This document shows positions 1-13,140 of a stretch of 64,000 nucleotides of DNA, in pieces. Positions within the stretch are counted from its first letter, which is position 1. Each line of letters starts with the position of its first letter. The notes under the pieces are model-generated. The model did not search any database. It saw nothing but the letters and a program-made list of their open reading frames with translations, and had not been told where the DNA came from. Source of the DNA: Phoronis australis (Eukaryota > Animalia > Phoronida); assembly GCA_002633005.1 (NCBI GenBank), contig NMRA01000116.1:280474-344473 (forward strand), in the 5' to 3' direction. The position numbers were made by a program, and so were the translations under genes.

Positions 1-60
1 ATTGTTTCCCTGCATAATGCTTTCAACAGACCACGACACATAACATGCAAAATGCCTTAC

Positions 61-3000
61 TTAGCCATTTCGTGTCCTAGCCTCTCCTGCAAGGCTAGTT
101 CATCCAACTTGGCCCAGACATCTTCATTGCTGCATGTGCCACTGCTCAGTTTCTGTTTGGCAACTTCCTGTTGATGCTTTCTTACATTTTTCTTGTGTTG
201 CTCTAAAAACAGAAAACCAAAGCACATAAGCAGCGACACTTTATGGGGATCATGCAATTTGGGGAACAAATGCCAGAAAAATTGCAACATACTTGAGGAA
301 GACACCAAGGCAAAACAATGTGCTTCAAATAAAGAAAATTGGGCATTAAATTCATCTAGACTATCTAGCTAATTGGAACCATGATACAAAATATGAATCT
401 TTTTATATTTAGCCTATTTTTAAATAAAAAGTTTTTGACTAATTGGGCATCTAATGTAAAACTTATGTCACCACACAAATGAACACCTTCATTGTTACAC
501 TACTAATTGGTAACAACTTATTATCAAGAGCCAGGAACAACCCAAGTATAACTATCCTTATCAATACAACTACAATGCTTGGTATGTCAGCATTCACTTA
601 GTTTACCTCTCCATGCTTTTTCTTTTTCAGGAATATATTCTTCTGTAATTTCAAACACTCCGCCTCTGGACTGCAAAAACAGTATTAAGAGGAAATTAGT
701 AAAATATCACGATTGGTTAAAATTGACAATGCAGCACTTTACATTTCGTATTGCACACGCTTTTCATGATTTTTAGCAGTTATCAATAGCAAGACATAAC
801 TATAATATGAATATTCCCTTTAAGAATTTTTTAACTGAACAGAAGCAGAAAGTGTATCTTTATGTAGGCCTTTTGACCTCTGGGTCAAATGGCCAGAGAT
901 AAAATGTACATCAGTCCTGTTAGCTGGTAATGTACACAAGACTCTGTAGCATGGAGAATGGACCAATAATAATGTAATACCCAGTTTTCTTTGGAAACAG
1001 ATGTAGAAGCCAGCCAATTCAAAATTTAATCTTGTGTCTCAGCAAGTTCCATTTATATAAGCAACGTCTCAAGGGTAAACCTCCAAATTTAATTGTATTA
1101 ACAAAAGAAATTAACAGTTATTACTCCAGTGAAAAACATATTTATTCAAAAAATTTACAAATGGAAAAATTTACAAACAAGTGGTCACAAATGCATAATT
1201 TGATAGCAATGTAAGGATATTTTATCATTCCAAAATACTCTCCCCCCTCCTTTTTTTTCAGAGCCTTATACTACTATATTGTCTTGTATGTTTTTGTTTT
1301 CTTTTGTTAAATCTATTTCAAAATCCGGTTCACGTATATTTTTAACTTAGTAAACTTTATTTTCATTGAATTGTAAAGTAAGGCAAGGGAATCCCAGACC
1401 TTTGTCCTTACTTATGTTGAACTGGGAGAATAAAAAAAAAAAAATAATAATAATGTAATACCTCAGCAACATCCTTCAATTCAGAGGTGAACCCTATCCT
1501 CGACTCCAGTAGGTCCTTCTCAGATGACAAGTCCTTGAGGGTACTGTTGATACCTGAAATGTACCATGATACAGTAATGTACTTTACAAGCAAACATCTT
1601 ACCATTCTCAAACGAATGCATGCAGTAGATATCTTATGGCTGACAAGACTGTCTTAAAATACACAACACTTTTGTCCCATTTTTGTTCATCAGCAATGAA
1701 AATCAGGACCGTAAAATGCAAAAAAAACACATAAAGACAACACAAAGAGAATTTATTCACAGCATTAAATCAGAAAAACATAAGAAACTGATTTCTCTTC
1801 ACCAATACTGGGTATGACTTACCTTCTATCCGTCTATCTACTATTTCACAAGCCTGTTTAGTAGCTCTTTCAGTGAACCAATTATCACCTAAAAGCACCA
1901 ATACACGATTGGTATCCACAAGCTTTCCTGGCATAAATGCAAGACTGCCAAATGGGACCTGTAAAAGAGTCCATGTTTATTTAATCATGGACCATTCTAC
2001 ACAAATATTACAAAGGCCATAATAAATTTGGTTGAGAATTCTAAAACTTCATAAATGACCAAGTACAGCAAATGTTAACTGTAAACAAGAGTTGTAAACA
2101 GTTCCATGTTTTACCTAATTATGTATTTAAATGGTAAGAAACAAGAATAAGACCTGTAGGCCACATGAAAGTCAACAATTTGTTAGGTTGGGAACTACTC
2201 TATCAACAACATACCATTACATCATGACACAGCTTGTCTGGAAGAGTCTTCATTCTGTCTTTGAGAGCCAAGTAGTCATTCTTGTACTTTTCCCTGAAAC
2301 AAGGTACTCACAAGAGTTAGAGAATTTTTAAAGTACAGTGCAGTAACACCCATATCAAGCAAAGTCCAATGGTGGGTAAACATTTTTATTACAAAAGTAA
2401 TCTATGTTATACAATGTATGCAATGAAAAATAACAACTATTTGAGAAGACAAATAAAGGATCAAACCTAAAATATCAATAGACATAACCCCCACAATGTA
2501 CATAGTCATTATACATTGGACATCTAACGCCCATTGCCCTGGCTCCGGGGGGGTCACTCATATTGACAAAGTGCCCGCAGGCTTGTACCAAAAATTGCCG
2601 AGAGATCCCCTATTGTGGGTACCAGGTCTGTTAATCCAAACCCTTATTTGGGGTAAATTCAAGTTTCTGCCTCACCCCCTTTTGCAGGGCTGAGGCCAAT
2701 GCAGTGGGNGGTCCTGCAAAATGTGCTGAAAAAGTACCACCTACAATTTTTAGCACAAGCCTGCGGGCACCTTATCAATACGAGATCGAGTGATCCCCCG
2801 GACCCTGGCTCACCATCAAGTAGTGTTATGAACTTCCAGTTGTGGGTAATGCATAATCAATGAAGGCTTCTCTCAATCACTTGTCAGTGGGCAATTCGCT
2901 AATGGTTTGTACAAACGAACATGCTTCAGGGAAACAAATTCTGGCTGAACTGAACCAAGAAGAGTATACTTCTTCTAGACATTCACAACAGACTTGTTTG

Positions 3001-3310
3001 ATTGTGCATCGACGCTTAATACTTTTGGACCTCGGGCAATGGTATGGTGCCTGCCTAATTTTATTTATGTTAGTATCCAGGCTCCAACAAAGATTTAATT
3101 TTGGTTCTTTTTACGCTCGTAAATGAAAGCCAACCAAAGGTGAAACGTATCCAATTCTGCAATTTCTGGACAGTATTTCACATGTTCCAACTCCAAGAAT
3201 TTTGTTTTATAACATGAAAGTTTTGACTACCAAATCTGGATTTTCTCTTCTGTTTGTTGGATTGCAAGTTGTTCCTCTTCTTTGAGACGATTAAGATGCG
3301 AAAGATCCAT
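61..3310 (-). CDS. URI1: Unconventional prefoldin RPB5 interactor (URI/RMP), 5' part; gene continues past the left edge. Exons 3310-3231, 2293-2215, 1958-1823, 1553-1462, 670-607, 202-61
   Basis: GT-AG exons with consistent phases give MDLSHLNRLKEEEQLAIQQTEEKIQIWEKYKNDYLALKDRMKTLPDKLCHDVMVPFGSLAFMPGKLVDTNRVLVLLGDNWFTERATKQACEIVDRRIE.... This matches the URI alpha-prefoldin signature (LPDKL..VMVPFG..AFMPGKLV.TN...VLLGDNWF); a later exon has EDVWAKLDEL. Confidence 0.95.
2544..2802. mobile_element. Non-autonomous DNA transposon (MITE, ~260 bp) in URI1 intron 1
   Basis: Imperfect ~55-bp terminal inverted repeats (tccgggggggtcactc...gtgcccgcaggcttgt.c.aaaaattg / caatttttagcacaagcctgcgggcac...gagtgatcccccgga). 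Flanking direct repeat ccctggc at 2537-2543 and 2803-2809. Confidence 0.85.
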
Positions 3311-3619
3311 GTTATAAAAACTCAGACGTCAAATACAACAGTCAAAATTTCTGCCAAAGAGGTTCAACAACACCTAACATGGCAAAACATCACTTCAGAA
3401 TTATCCACCAGGTAGCGCCCAAAAAGCGCTTGTAACTAATAAAAATAGTAAAATAAACCTACAAAATGTAGACTGTATTTGCCCAAGCTGCTAACAACGT
3501 TTTAATATTAATTTACTAAATCCAAATTGACTATTATATACTTTCTATATAATGAAAATAATTGGAAAAACGACAGATAATGGAATTTATTTTATTTAGT
3601 TTGTGGGACTCAATTCATC
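3311..3619. promoter_or_regulatory. Putative bidirectional promoter shared by URI1 and MRPL3
   Basis: Divergent ATGs at 3310 (-) and 3620 (+) with 309 bp between them. Contains the CTCF-like motif CCACCAGGTAGCGC at 3405-3418. Confidence 0.7.
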
Positions 3620-6600
3620 ATGGCGACTTCCATAGCTTGCGTGAAAAAACTGTGCTCAGCCTTATCAAACTTAACATTAAAGAATGCTGTTGCTCAAGTT
3701 ACGCGACAAGATTTAAATTTGGCTCCGAGGTAACGACCAAAGTACCATGTGATTATGCATTTTTTATTTCTAAGGAGGATATCCTGCCCCAATGTGGCTT
3801 GTCCAGTCCAAAATTTCTTCACTGTCATTTGAGTCTTCAAACCAACCTTGTCCTTTTATGAGACTCCTACAGCCGATTCCATAAAGGTGGTTTAAAGTTA
3901 AACCTGGTTTAAACAGGACTTAGACCAGGTTTAAAGATAATCTGCATTTCATAAAGGTGGTTTAACTTTTAGACCAGTGGTCTAGTAAAACCTGGTTTAA
4001 CTCCAGTTTAGACCTGGTCTAAGTTAGTTTTCATTTCAACAACGAGGTCTATATTCTTTAGACCTGTATTAGATCTTAAAACATGTTTAACTTTAGACTT
4101 GGTCAGACCTAGGTTTAACTGTCAGACTTGCATGGTATAGGTACAAGTGAATGATGCCGCGGAGTGCATTTGCGACGCAGTTTTAGAGCGAAAATGGACT
4201 ATTTTCAATATTCAGTTTTACTGTGACACAAGATCAAACTAAGCAGGAGCGGATCCAGGACTTTTTAAAGGGGAGGGGCGGTCAAGGACTTTTTGAAAGG
4301 GGGACCAAGTCAACAATTTGAAAATTATAGATTTGATATCACTAAAATCAAGGGAAAAAAGGGGGCTCCGCACCCCTTGTCCCCCGGTGATCCGCGTATG
4401 AGTAGACCAGTACTTGCTGGAGTGTGTCCTGCAGATTTCTCAGAACACGACTGGTCGAGCAGGGCGTCATCGTCGTAAGCGCTACGGATTTGACTAAAGA
4501 CAGCACCTTCTGATTCTTCTGACTGAGTTCCACCTCCACTGTTCTCCGATATAATGTTGCCAGGAAGGGTTCTTGCCCCGCCCCCCCCTTTGGCCGCGTA
4601 AATAAACACAAAAATGACAAGGAAATAAATTTGGGCAGTTATCATGTTATATCTAATCGGGAGCATGTTCTTTAATGTGTGTGTGTTGGGCACAGAAATT
4701 ACAGTTTTCCTCATGAGAAAAGCTTTTAGATGTTTTTCGTAAATGTCTGCACTGATTCTACTAGTGTATGCCATTATATACCCACGTGACCACGGTTTCA
4801 TTGAAGCACTTCAATAGCTTCTTTGTTGGGTTTATCGAGCTCGACACAGTGGGGTGCCTTTGATACTTTAAACCTGGTTTTACTGAGCTAGCTCCCTGGT
4901 CTAGCAAAACCAGGCTTTCAGACTCTTAAACCATGTTGGTGAAATGCAAGTCAGGTCTAAAATTAGACCAGGTTTAGGAACCACTTTTATGAAATCGGCT
5001 GCTAATGTCTAAATAACACTGCTGGTGTTACTGACCAACGACTAAAGGAAGACACTGGTTGTCCTTGAAAGTTGGATAAATGAGGCGAGACTTTCCTTGA
5101 TCTTCACAATTTTAAAGGGCAGCATTCGTGCAAAACTTGCACTGCAAGTTACCGTTAGGCGTTACACCACGCTCCCTGGAATTTTGCTATCGTGTCAGCC
5201 TGAACAGCCTTGTGTCTGTTGCTGAACTTATGCCTGAACCAAAATGATTTGGTGTATTCAATTTGGCATGAGCTGGTGAGCCAAACTGATGCCTGCGCCA
5301 AACTGAAGCTACCGTAAGTTCCCAAATTACTGCCAGTGGTTTATGTTTTTTTTGTACTGATATCTGAACCAAAATTGATGGTGGGTAATAGTTTCTCAGG
5401 ACATTTCCTAATGTGATAATCCTTATGATCTGCATACGTGACCACTCACTGTCATCAATTTCAATTCTGGTAACCATTAAAAAACCTACAAACCACTAGC
5501 AATAATTAGGATTTTTACGGTAGCTTCAGTTTGGCGCATGCATCAGTTTGGGCTTTAACCTGTCTGCCATACATTTCTGTTGAAGTGGATGTATGTGACA
5601 CCACTTGTACAGTTCTACAATTTAATTAAAAATTATGGTGATCTGACGTCTAGATCTCTGCATGAAGAGAAGTTAATTTTTATCGTCGACATTTGGGTGC
5701 ACGAACCTTAGAATTGTTTGCAGTCTTTTATTCATGTGTATGCTCTTATTTGTGTTTCAATAATTTCATTTAGAGTTTTTTTAACGTTTCAGAACCCTCA
5801 TAAATTACCAGCAGACTCGCGGAACCCGTCGGAGATCAACATTTCATTACTCAATATGGAGGCCATGGTGGCGTAGGAGGAAGGTGATGCGCAATGCATA
5901 TGAAGACATGAGTGTTGAGAACAAGGAATTCTTACAAGAGGTTGTGGCTGATAAATATGCTCATCTCAAAGACAGCCCTCTAAAGGATGCCCCGTGGCAG
6001 CGTGAACAGTGGACGTATCGGCCTATGTAAGAAGTGATGAAGAGATATGCACTGGCCGTGATCTTTATTTTCAAATGTTACGCTATTTTGTAACTTCTTA
6101 CTGGGGTCCATTTTATGAAAAATGACTTAAAAGGGAAAGTAACCATTTTTTATGTTACTTTCGATAAATATACAGATCCCTGTTTATCTTGGAGATACGA
6201 AGCAATAGAAAAGTGTACAGCTTGGTTCTGTATTCACTTCCATTGAGGAAACACAATGACCGACTGCATTCAACAGCAAATCGGTCATTGTATTTGCTTT
6301 TTGGAAGTGAATGCATAACCAAGATGCGGACCTATGTGTGTTATATTAGTCATATTTTCACTTGGATTAGGATGTGTGGCACTGTTCTAGTTTGTGCACT
6401 AAACTCTCCAGATGACTCGGATTTCACCGTACTTGAATAAAATCTCTTGGTCCTGATGGACATGTTTTACTGTACTAACTTTTGGTGGGGTGAGTTAATT
6501 AATATTTCTATGTTGCTTGGCATTTATCCCTACTGTTGTCAACAGTCGCCTTTTATCGTTTGCAAGGAGTGTCACCAACTTTCCTAATTAAATGCGACAC

Positions 6601-9600
6601 CATTTAGTTCTGGTATATGTTTCATAAAAACATTTAAACATTAGATGGCTAGATTGAATTATTGTCTGATATAGGCATGATGTTTTTTGCCTCAAGTTTT
6701 CAATTTGCCCAACACATGAAGTATTGAGGAATTTTACCCCAAAGTCTCCTGTAATATCTGTCACTGCCTGTGGGATGTATTTTGATTTGATGCCCAGGTG
6801 TGCATCACAAAGTTAAGCACTGGTGTGCTTTTCGCTGGCACCAGTCATTTTTTGCATTGTGGTTCATCTTGGTGTACACTACAGTCTTTCTATTCTAGTA
6901 CTATAAGAACTGGTGTGTTGGCCCTCAAGATTGGTGTTATTCCACAATGGACAAAAGAAGGCAGAAAATTCCACACAACAATGTTACAGGTGAATGCTAC
7001 AATCATTAGGCATTGTCTTACTTTTGAGCTATGTTTTAAGTTCTGTATACACTCTTGTATGGCTGTTGGAGTGTGTAGATAGTAGTCCAAAAGTTGTGTA
7101 CGACTTCTTCTGAATTGAATGAAAATCAGAAAGTTCTGTTTTCGATCACCAAGTTGTGTTTGGCATTATGCTAAAAAAATCAAGCTCAGAACACTTGTCC
7201 ACATACCGCAATTAGTGGTATGCAACAGTTGATTACAAGTCATATGCGAATAGTATGAGTGTAGACAGAACTTAAATGGAAACTAGTGATTCAGTTTTAT
7301 GAAGCCAGTTGTAATCGGTTGTTATTCCAGACTTTGCCCTTGTCATCCTAGACTTTTTGTACAAACAGCTGTAAACAATGGCCAGACTGTTACATAATCT
7401 GAACAACTGGTAGCCCTCTTCACTATTCTGAATAACTAGTAGCCCCTTCACTTTTTTATGTCCTCCAAGTTTTTTGTAGAACATTCCCACGGTGAGTGGC
7501 ATGTGATACCTGGTACCAATAATTTCAAATACTGTTTTTAAGTGTTTGAAACCTCTGGAACATTCTGTGATGTAGTACCCAATAACCAGTATTAGTAATC
7601 TTGTCAATGCTGTTGCAGATATTGCTATAAAAGGAATTTGTGGCCTTGCTTTTAGATATTAGATAACCACGTTGTGGACTATATACCACCCGAAGAGTTT
7701 GTCCTATCAGAACGGTGCAAAGACAGGTGGAAAGGTCGCGACATGAAAGGGAAGTATGGACTGTCTATAGTTGGAGCTGTCAGTAGTGATCCCCATCAGG
7801 TGTGTACAGTGAAGGCCAATAGTGGGATACAACATGCACACATGTCGAGAACCAGTTCGATGTCCGGTATTCAGTGAAATAACTGGTTCTCAAAATGGGG
7901 GCGCATTATATCCGACTATTGCCCAGTGAAGGGCACATGTCGAAATACTCTACATTAACACTGTCTTGGGTTCTAGTCTTAAGGGCTAAGGAACAGTTTG
8001 AGACCAATGTCACAATCGGAAGTAGTCAAAATCAAAAGTTGATTTTTGTGATGGAAGGCTGGTTTGTACCACTTTATGAAATACAAACTCTGGAATTTGA
8101 TAAAAAGTTAAAGGAATTGTGTGTTAGTGATGAACACAAGACTCTATGAAGTTTTACTAAGTGCAGGAACCTCGACAATCCTAACTCACCCTTATGTCAT
8201 TGCAGTTCACACCACAGTACAACGAACTGTTCAGGAAAGCTGGAGTGCCTCCTAAGAGAAAGCTGGCCAAGTTCCTTGTCACGCGGAATGCCAAAGTACA
8301 ACCAGGTACTGAAGCTTTGGTGGAGCCTGACTCTACTATGATCTGTTGTTCACTTAGTGCGCAAGTTAAGGAGAGATTGAGTGATAGTTTGAGTTTTGGG
8401 CTTATTGTAATAGTGTGGTTATTATTAAACATACAAAATGTGTAAAAACATTTAGTGAATAGTACTAAGGCAAAAGGTTCAAAGTTGTGTATACTGGTGT
8501 ACAACCTATGTGCTGATACGATAAACTTAGTACATTGTGGTGAGATAAATCTGTACTTGTTTTACCTTTGTTCTCATGAATTCATCGTCTCCCTGGAAAT
8601 TTTTGCCTCTTTTTGAATAACAGTCTTACCTAATGAAGCGATTTTTGGTATGTACTAGCCCGTCTTATTGTTATGCTGGATGGGAAATTACATCGACGTA
8701 TTTGTTCATTGCAGGTACTCCACTTAATGTGACACATTACAGGGTTGGAGATTACATTGATGTATTTGGAAAAACGTAAGTAGCACAAATTACATTATCA
8801 GCAGTGTGGTTCTGTGCTCTCAGTGGTCTTCAACAATATGTTCGTTCCTTTGACAAGTAAAAGGGAAATTGTTTGTTGATGGTTTCAGTACAACATAAAA
8901 GCAAAAATGTATTTAACATAACGTAAGTCCTCACTTGGATAATCGTCACTTTTTCGAAGTCCCAAAGGCTGCTCGTATCAATTGTCTTATTTTTCTGGAC
9001 AACTATAAAACATTTAATTGAAGTAATTACAGACAAATTGGATATTTGACTGGTAAATAACAAATTTAAAGAAATTTCGAGGATAACAATCAAAGCTAAA
9101 GATTTGTTTTTTTTTAATGTCTGCAAAGATTGACAAATACCTTAAAAGTTAACCTATACAGTAGTCGCGTGAGAGTTTCCATGTTTATAAATCTATTTTC
9201 CATTACAGAATCAGTCACGGCTTCCAAGGTGTAATGAAAAGATGGGGTATGAAAGGAGGTAGTGCTTCACATGGCAACACCAAGTCACATCGACGACCTG
9301 GAGCAATAGGTGGCGGGGTAGGTACTTTGTCTTGAAATCCTGAGCAACCGTGTCATTTTGGACTTATCCATAGGGTAATAAAACAATGGTCTTCTCATCC
9401 AGGACCATAAACTCTTTGTTAATCTGCATTTACTTACACAGTCCAAGTGGAACAGTTGTATGACTAAGAGCAGAGTTCACAAAGAACTAATATCACTGAC
9501 CTTGCATTTCAATTTCAAAAGGCCTAATGTGTGTGAATGATACCCATCATTTACAACCATCCATAAAATTCTAAGTCACTATGCCGATTACTTACCCCCT

Positions 9601-11329
9601 CCAAGGATGATCTGGAAGGTCTACAAGAGAAGCTCTTCACCTCGAAGGTACAAAATGTATAAACCTCAGTCAAGAACCTAACTGCGGGCTTGTAGCATGT
9701 TTCAGATTTAAACTGTAGTTTGAAAGGTTCAAGGCATAATTAAGCTTGATAACTTCACGGTTCAAATATAGAATGTCTCTTGAAACATAAAAAATTGTTC
9801 AAAAGGCTCGATTTTGATTTAAGAATTAAAATTAAAATGTTTTTATTAATTGTAAAGTATAAATTTTTTTGACATTATTAGCTGTGTTGGACATTTTCAT
9901 AGGTTTACATTTTGGGTGGCCAAGTATTTTTTTTCACAATCACTGGCAAGACTCCTGTACCTGGTTGCATGAAACAGTCCCAAAAAGGGACTCGGCTGAG
10001 TTCCCTAAATCTGCTGTGTGATTGTGGACTTGTGAAGATACTTGTTGTCCTTTCTCATGTTGTTATAGTCTAATTACTAAGTCTGTTTTCCATTGATTAA
10101 AATTGATAGTGAACTCTACTGAATTCTCAGTATTATTGAAAATAAGTAGGGATCTTTTCATGCAATCCCCCAAATTTAAGGACTAAATCCCTAATTTTTT
10201 ATTGAATTTAGTGCTCAGTTTTTAGTTATATTATTAGAAAAATATTACATTTGTGAGTATAGGACAAAACAAATACGCAAAAAGATTTAGGGAACTTAAC
10301 CGGCCACTGTCGTTTTGTGTGAATTTAAGGAATATTTACCACAATGCAATCGACTCTGCAAATCAATGCTCGATTTTTTCTCATTGTTAGTTCAGTGGAC
10401 GTCTGTTAAATAGCGCATGATATTGTTCATTGTAATGATATTTTAGTGTGAGAGTGAATGGCAGTACAGAATGGTATTGTGACAAGCATGTCAGTTTTGA
10501 AGTAATATTGTCTAAAATGTTTCAGTTACTGTGTTTGTTTTACATCTTTTGTTGTCATTCCAGCACCTTCAGGTTTATGTACTTTCATTGTCCTACATGA
10601 AACTTGACTTTTTATGAATAACTGTATTATTTCAGAAAAAGCATGGTGTTTGGAAAGGCAAAAAAATGCCCGGTCGAATGGGTGGAGACATGAGTCGACT
10701 GAGAGGACTTAGGGTAGGTTGTTTTCCTGGCCACCGTGGGCAATGTGGAAACACTAGGAGATTCTATTGGGCGATAAGAGTTAAGAGTCACTCAAGGATG
10801 GGATAGTGGCCTGTACTTGAATTTCGTTGTTTTTGCAAACTTAAGCTTTGTGTACTGCTGAAGCTAATTGGAACATGTTGAAAAGTGCGTCCATTACTGC
10901 TACTCATGTATACGTCTAGTACAGTGATGCAGCGATGATTGAACATCAAAACTTCATGTTGCCAAGACGAATCGAGTACCAAACTACCTGGTAGACATAA
11001 CTGAATATTATATTAGCCTCTATGACCTTAATCTCCAAATTTATGTTATTATGTAGTTACATGTTGACACCTTGCAGATCTGGAGGATTAACACGCGACA
11101 CAACATCCTATATGTTCATGGTCCCAACATTCCCGGACCGTGTCACTCTTATGTAAAGGTTGTCGATACAGTTCTCAAATACCGAAAGGAACGCCTCAGA
11201 GATGATCCACCCCCCTGCCCCACTGCCTACCCAGAAGACTTCACAGAACCACTCCCAGAGGAGATCTTTCACGAGGACCTGTTTCAGTTCACATCGGAAA
11301 CAATTCAGTTTGCCGATACAGCTAAGTAA
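3620..11329 (+). CDS. MRPL3: Mitochondrial ribosomal protein L3 (uL3m). Exons 3620-3729, 5793-6026, 6899-6989, 7656-7799, 8206-8305, 8715-8775, 9209-9317, 10636-10713, 11078-11329
   Basis: Nine phase-consistent GT-AG exons. uL3 motifs [83 protein letters not shown]. The basic, acid-poor N-terminus ([21 protein letters not shown]) fits a mitochondrial presequence; exon 1 is the least certain exon. Confidence 0.95.
3870..5001. mobile_element. Non-autonomous PIF/Harbinger-like DNA transposon in MRPL3 intron 1
   Basis: TIRs cagccgattccataaaggtggtt / aaccacttttatgaaatcggctg with 2 mismatches. 3-bp duplication CTA at 3867-3869 and 5002-5004. Dense subterminal palindromic motifs (TAAACCTGGTTTA / TAGACCAGGTTTA) at both ends. 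Superfamily inferred from the 3-bp TSD. Confidence 0.8.
4244..4400. mobile_element. Small degraded MITE nested in the Harbinger-like element
   Basis: Ends caggagcggatcc ... gatccgcgtatg form a loose inverted pair next to G-run and C-run tracts. No clear TSD. Confidence 0.45.
5278..5554. mobile_element. Inverted-repeat element (MITE-like)
   Basis: gagccaaactgatgcctgcgccaaactgaagctaccgtaa (5278-5318) pairs with ttacggtagcttcagtttggcgcatgcatcagtttgggct (5515-5554). Confidence 0.65.
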
Positions 11330-13140
11330 TGGGAGTGTTATGGTGTATTAGCCATGATAACAGAGCAGTCCAATTTGACGATTTGATCACTTTGAATCAC
11401 GTTTGAATAGACAAATTAAGTTCAACATATTATGGTATGCCATGGTAGTTTGCCCAACTGTGACAGCGACATTTTCACCTGGCCAGGTCAATAGGCTGTG
11501 TACGTGGATATTGCAGGATAAAGTGACCACCAAAACAAATTTATAAAATATGTTAATCATTTAGTGGTTGGTTAAACTTGTTAAATTAAATGTTTGTCCT
11601 TTCATACTTCAGAATTGTTGCTTGGAAACGGTGTTTGTTCAGAAAAACATTTCAATCAGTTGAAATGTTGTTTTGGTTGTCATGGTTACTGGCTGTTGTC
11701 AAGGTTACCTTGAGGATTTTGTACATGTTCAAACGTCATCAGTCATGTACATTAGGGCATATTCAGTTAAGCATATCTATTACGAGTGTTCACTTAATTG
11801 CTGTTCAGCTAATTGCATCTGGCAGGAAAGATACACAACAGAATATTGTAATGGTTGAATAGAATAATTTAATACAATGTTTCATAATTCATTATCTTAC
11901 AATGTAATAGCAGCAACAATTCATGACTCAGGTGTTTTATAATTAATAATTCAAACTTAGTCTTCAGTTTCAAACACTGAAAAGCAATACGAAGGTATAC
12001 AGTTGTATGCTTGGATTACTACAGTTACAGCTTTCTAACAAGGTAATATGTCTTTTAGGCAAGTAGATAATTTGCACAACACTGACTAGGTGGAAACTGA
12101 TTAATATTGCCTCCTTGGTCTTGTTGATGGTCAAGCTGTTGGAAAGCTTACAAGAACAGTAACTTTTTTAACGTAATGAACTATTACTATTATGAATATC
12201 TGTCAAGCTGTGTGTTCAGGGGTGTTATAGTAAAATCTGTATGGAAGAGGAAGGCACCTAATTCTTAGTTACTTTGTTATGAAACTGCCCGTATTTTTTA
12301 AAACTCTTTTGTAACACTCTTGAAGTAGCATTAAGTTCTACTGGTCCTGCCAGCCATAATTTGAGTTGTCAAATAACATCTCATTGTATGTATCGGGATA
12401 TGGTGTTGGGACGAATGATACACAAATACCCATACTCCATTATTCTCACCTTCACAAAACATTTCCTATACTCCTATGCATATATTGTAGAATACTTCAG
12501 GCTTATGTATATCATTAAGAAAAAAAACTCCAGTAATTTGGTCATAATGATCACAAGCTAAGTCAACCTATTGTGTAGCAATACAGTGTTATCAAGCATC
12601 CCCATCTCTAACAGGTATCCATGATACCCCAGTCCCCAACTGTAATAGGTTGTGGTTTGTGCTATTCTGATGCCAACCAGTATGAGTCACTCAGTGTTAC
12701 CTGTGGCAAAATGGGTTGTAGTGCAACGTGAATTCAGAGTTGTTTATGGACGAAAATTTACTCTGTTGCATGGAACAGGGATGACATTACCCATGGCAAC
12801 AAATTTGGTTGTATTTATATTTTTTACAAGAGCAACTGTACTTTTTATTCGTTCCGCCACATTTTTTCATTTCAAGTGCCTTCCCCCTCCTACACCAATG
12901 TTGCTGGATCCGTGCTCGGTTGATTCTCAGCTTCGAGATACCGACCCCTGGACTCGTCCAAATGTTAAATGCTCGACATTTGAAAGAAGGCAGACAAACA
13001 TATCTTCCAAGCAGTGTTATTTGCACCTTTTAGTATTTGTACATATTCAGTGCTGCTACAAAATTGTAACTACAGTAATAGATTTGGCACTATTCCTCTG
13101 TTGTCTTTCATGCGAATGTCCATCAACATGTGTGGTGTGA

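Noticed and set aside
4325-4801. 158-aa minus-strand ORF
   Set aside because: Lies inside a non-autonomous transposon, runs into a nested MITE and has no recognisable domain.
12652-13140. 162-aa plus-strand ORF
   Set aside because: No ATG at the called start and no domain. It is antisense to the probable 3' UTR of the CAP-Gly gene.
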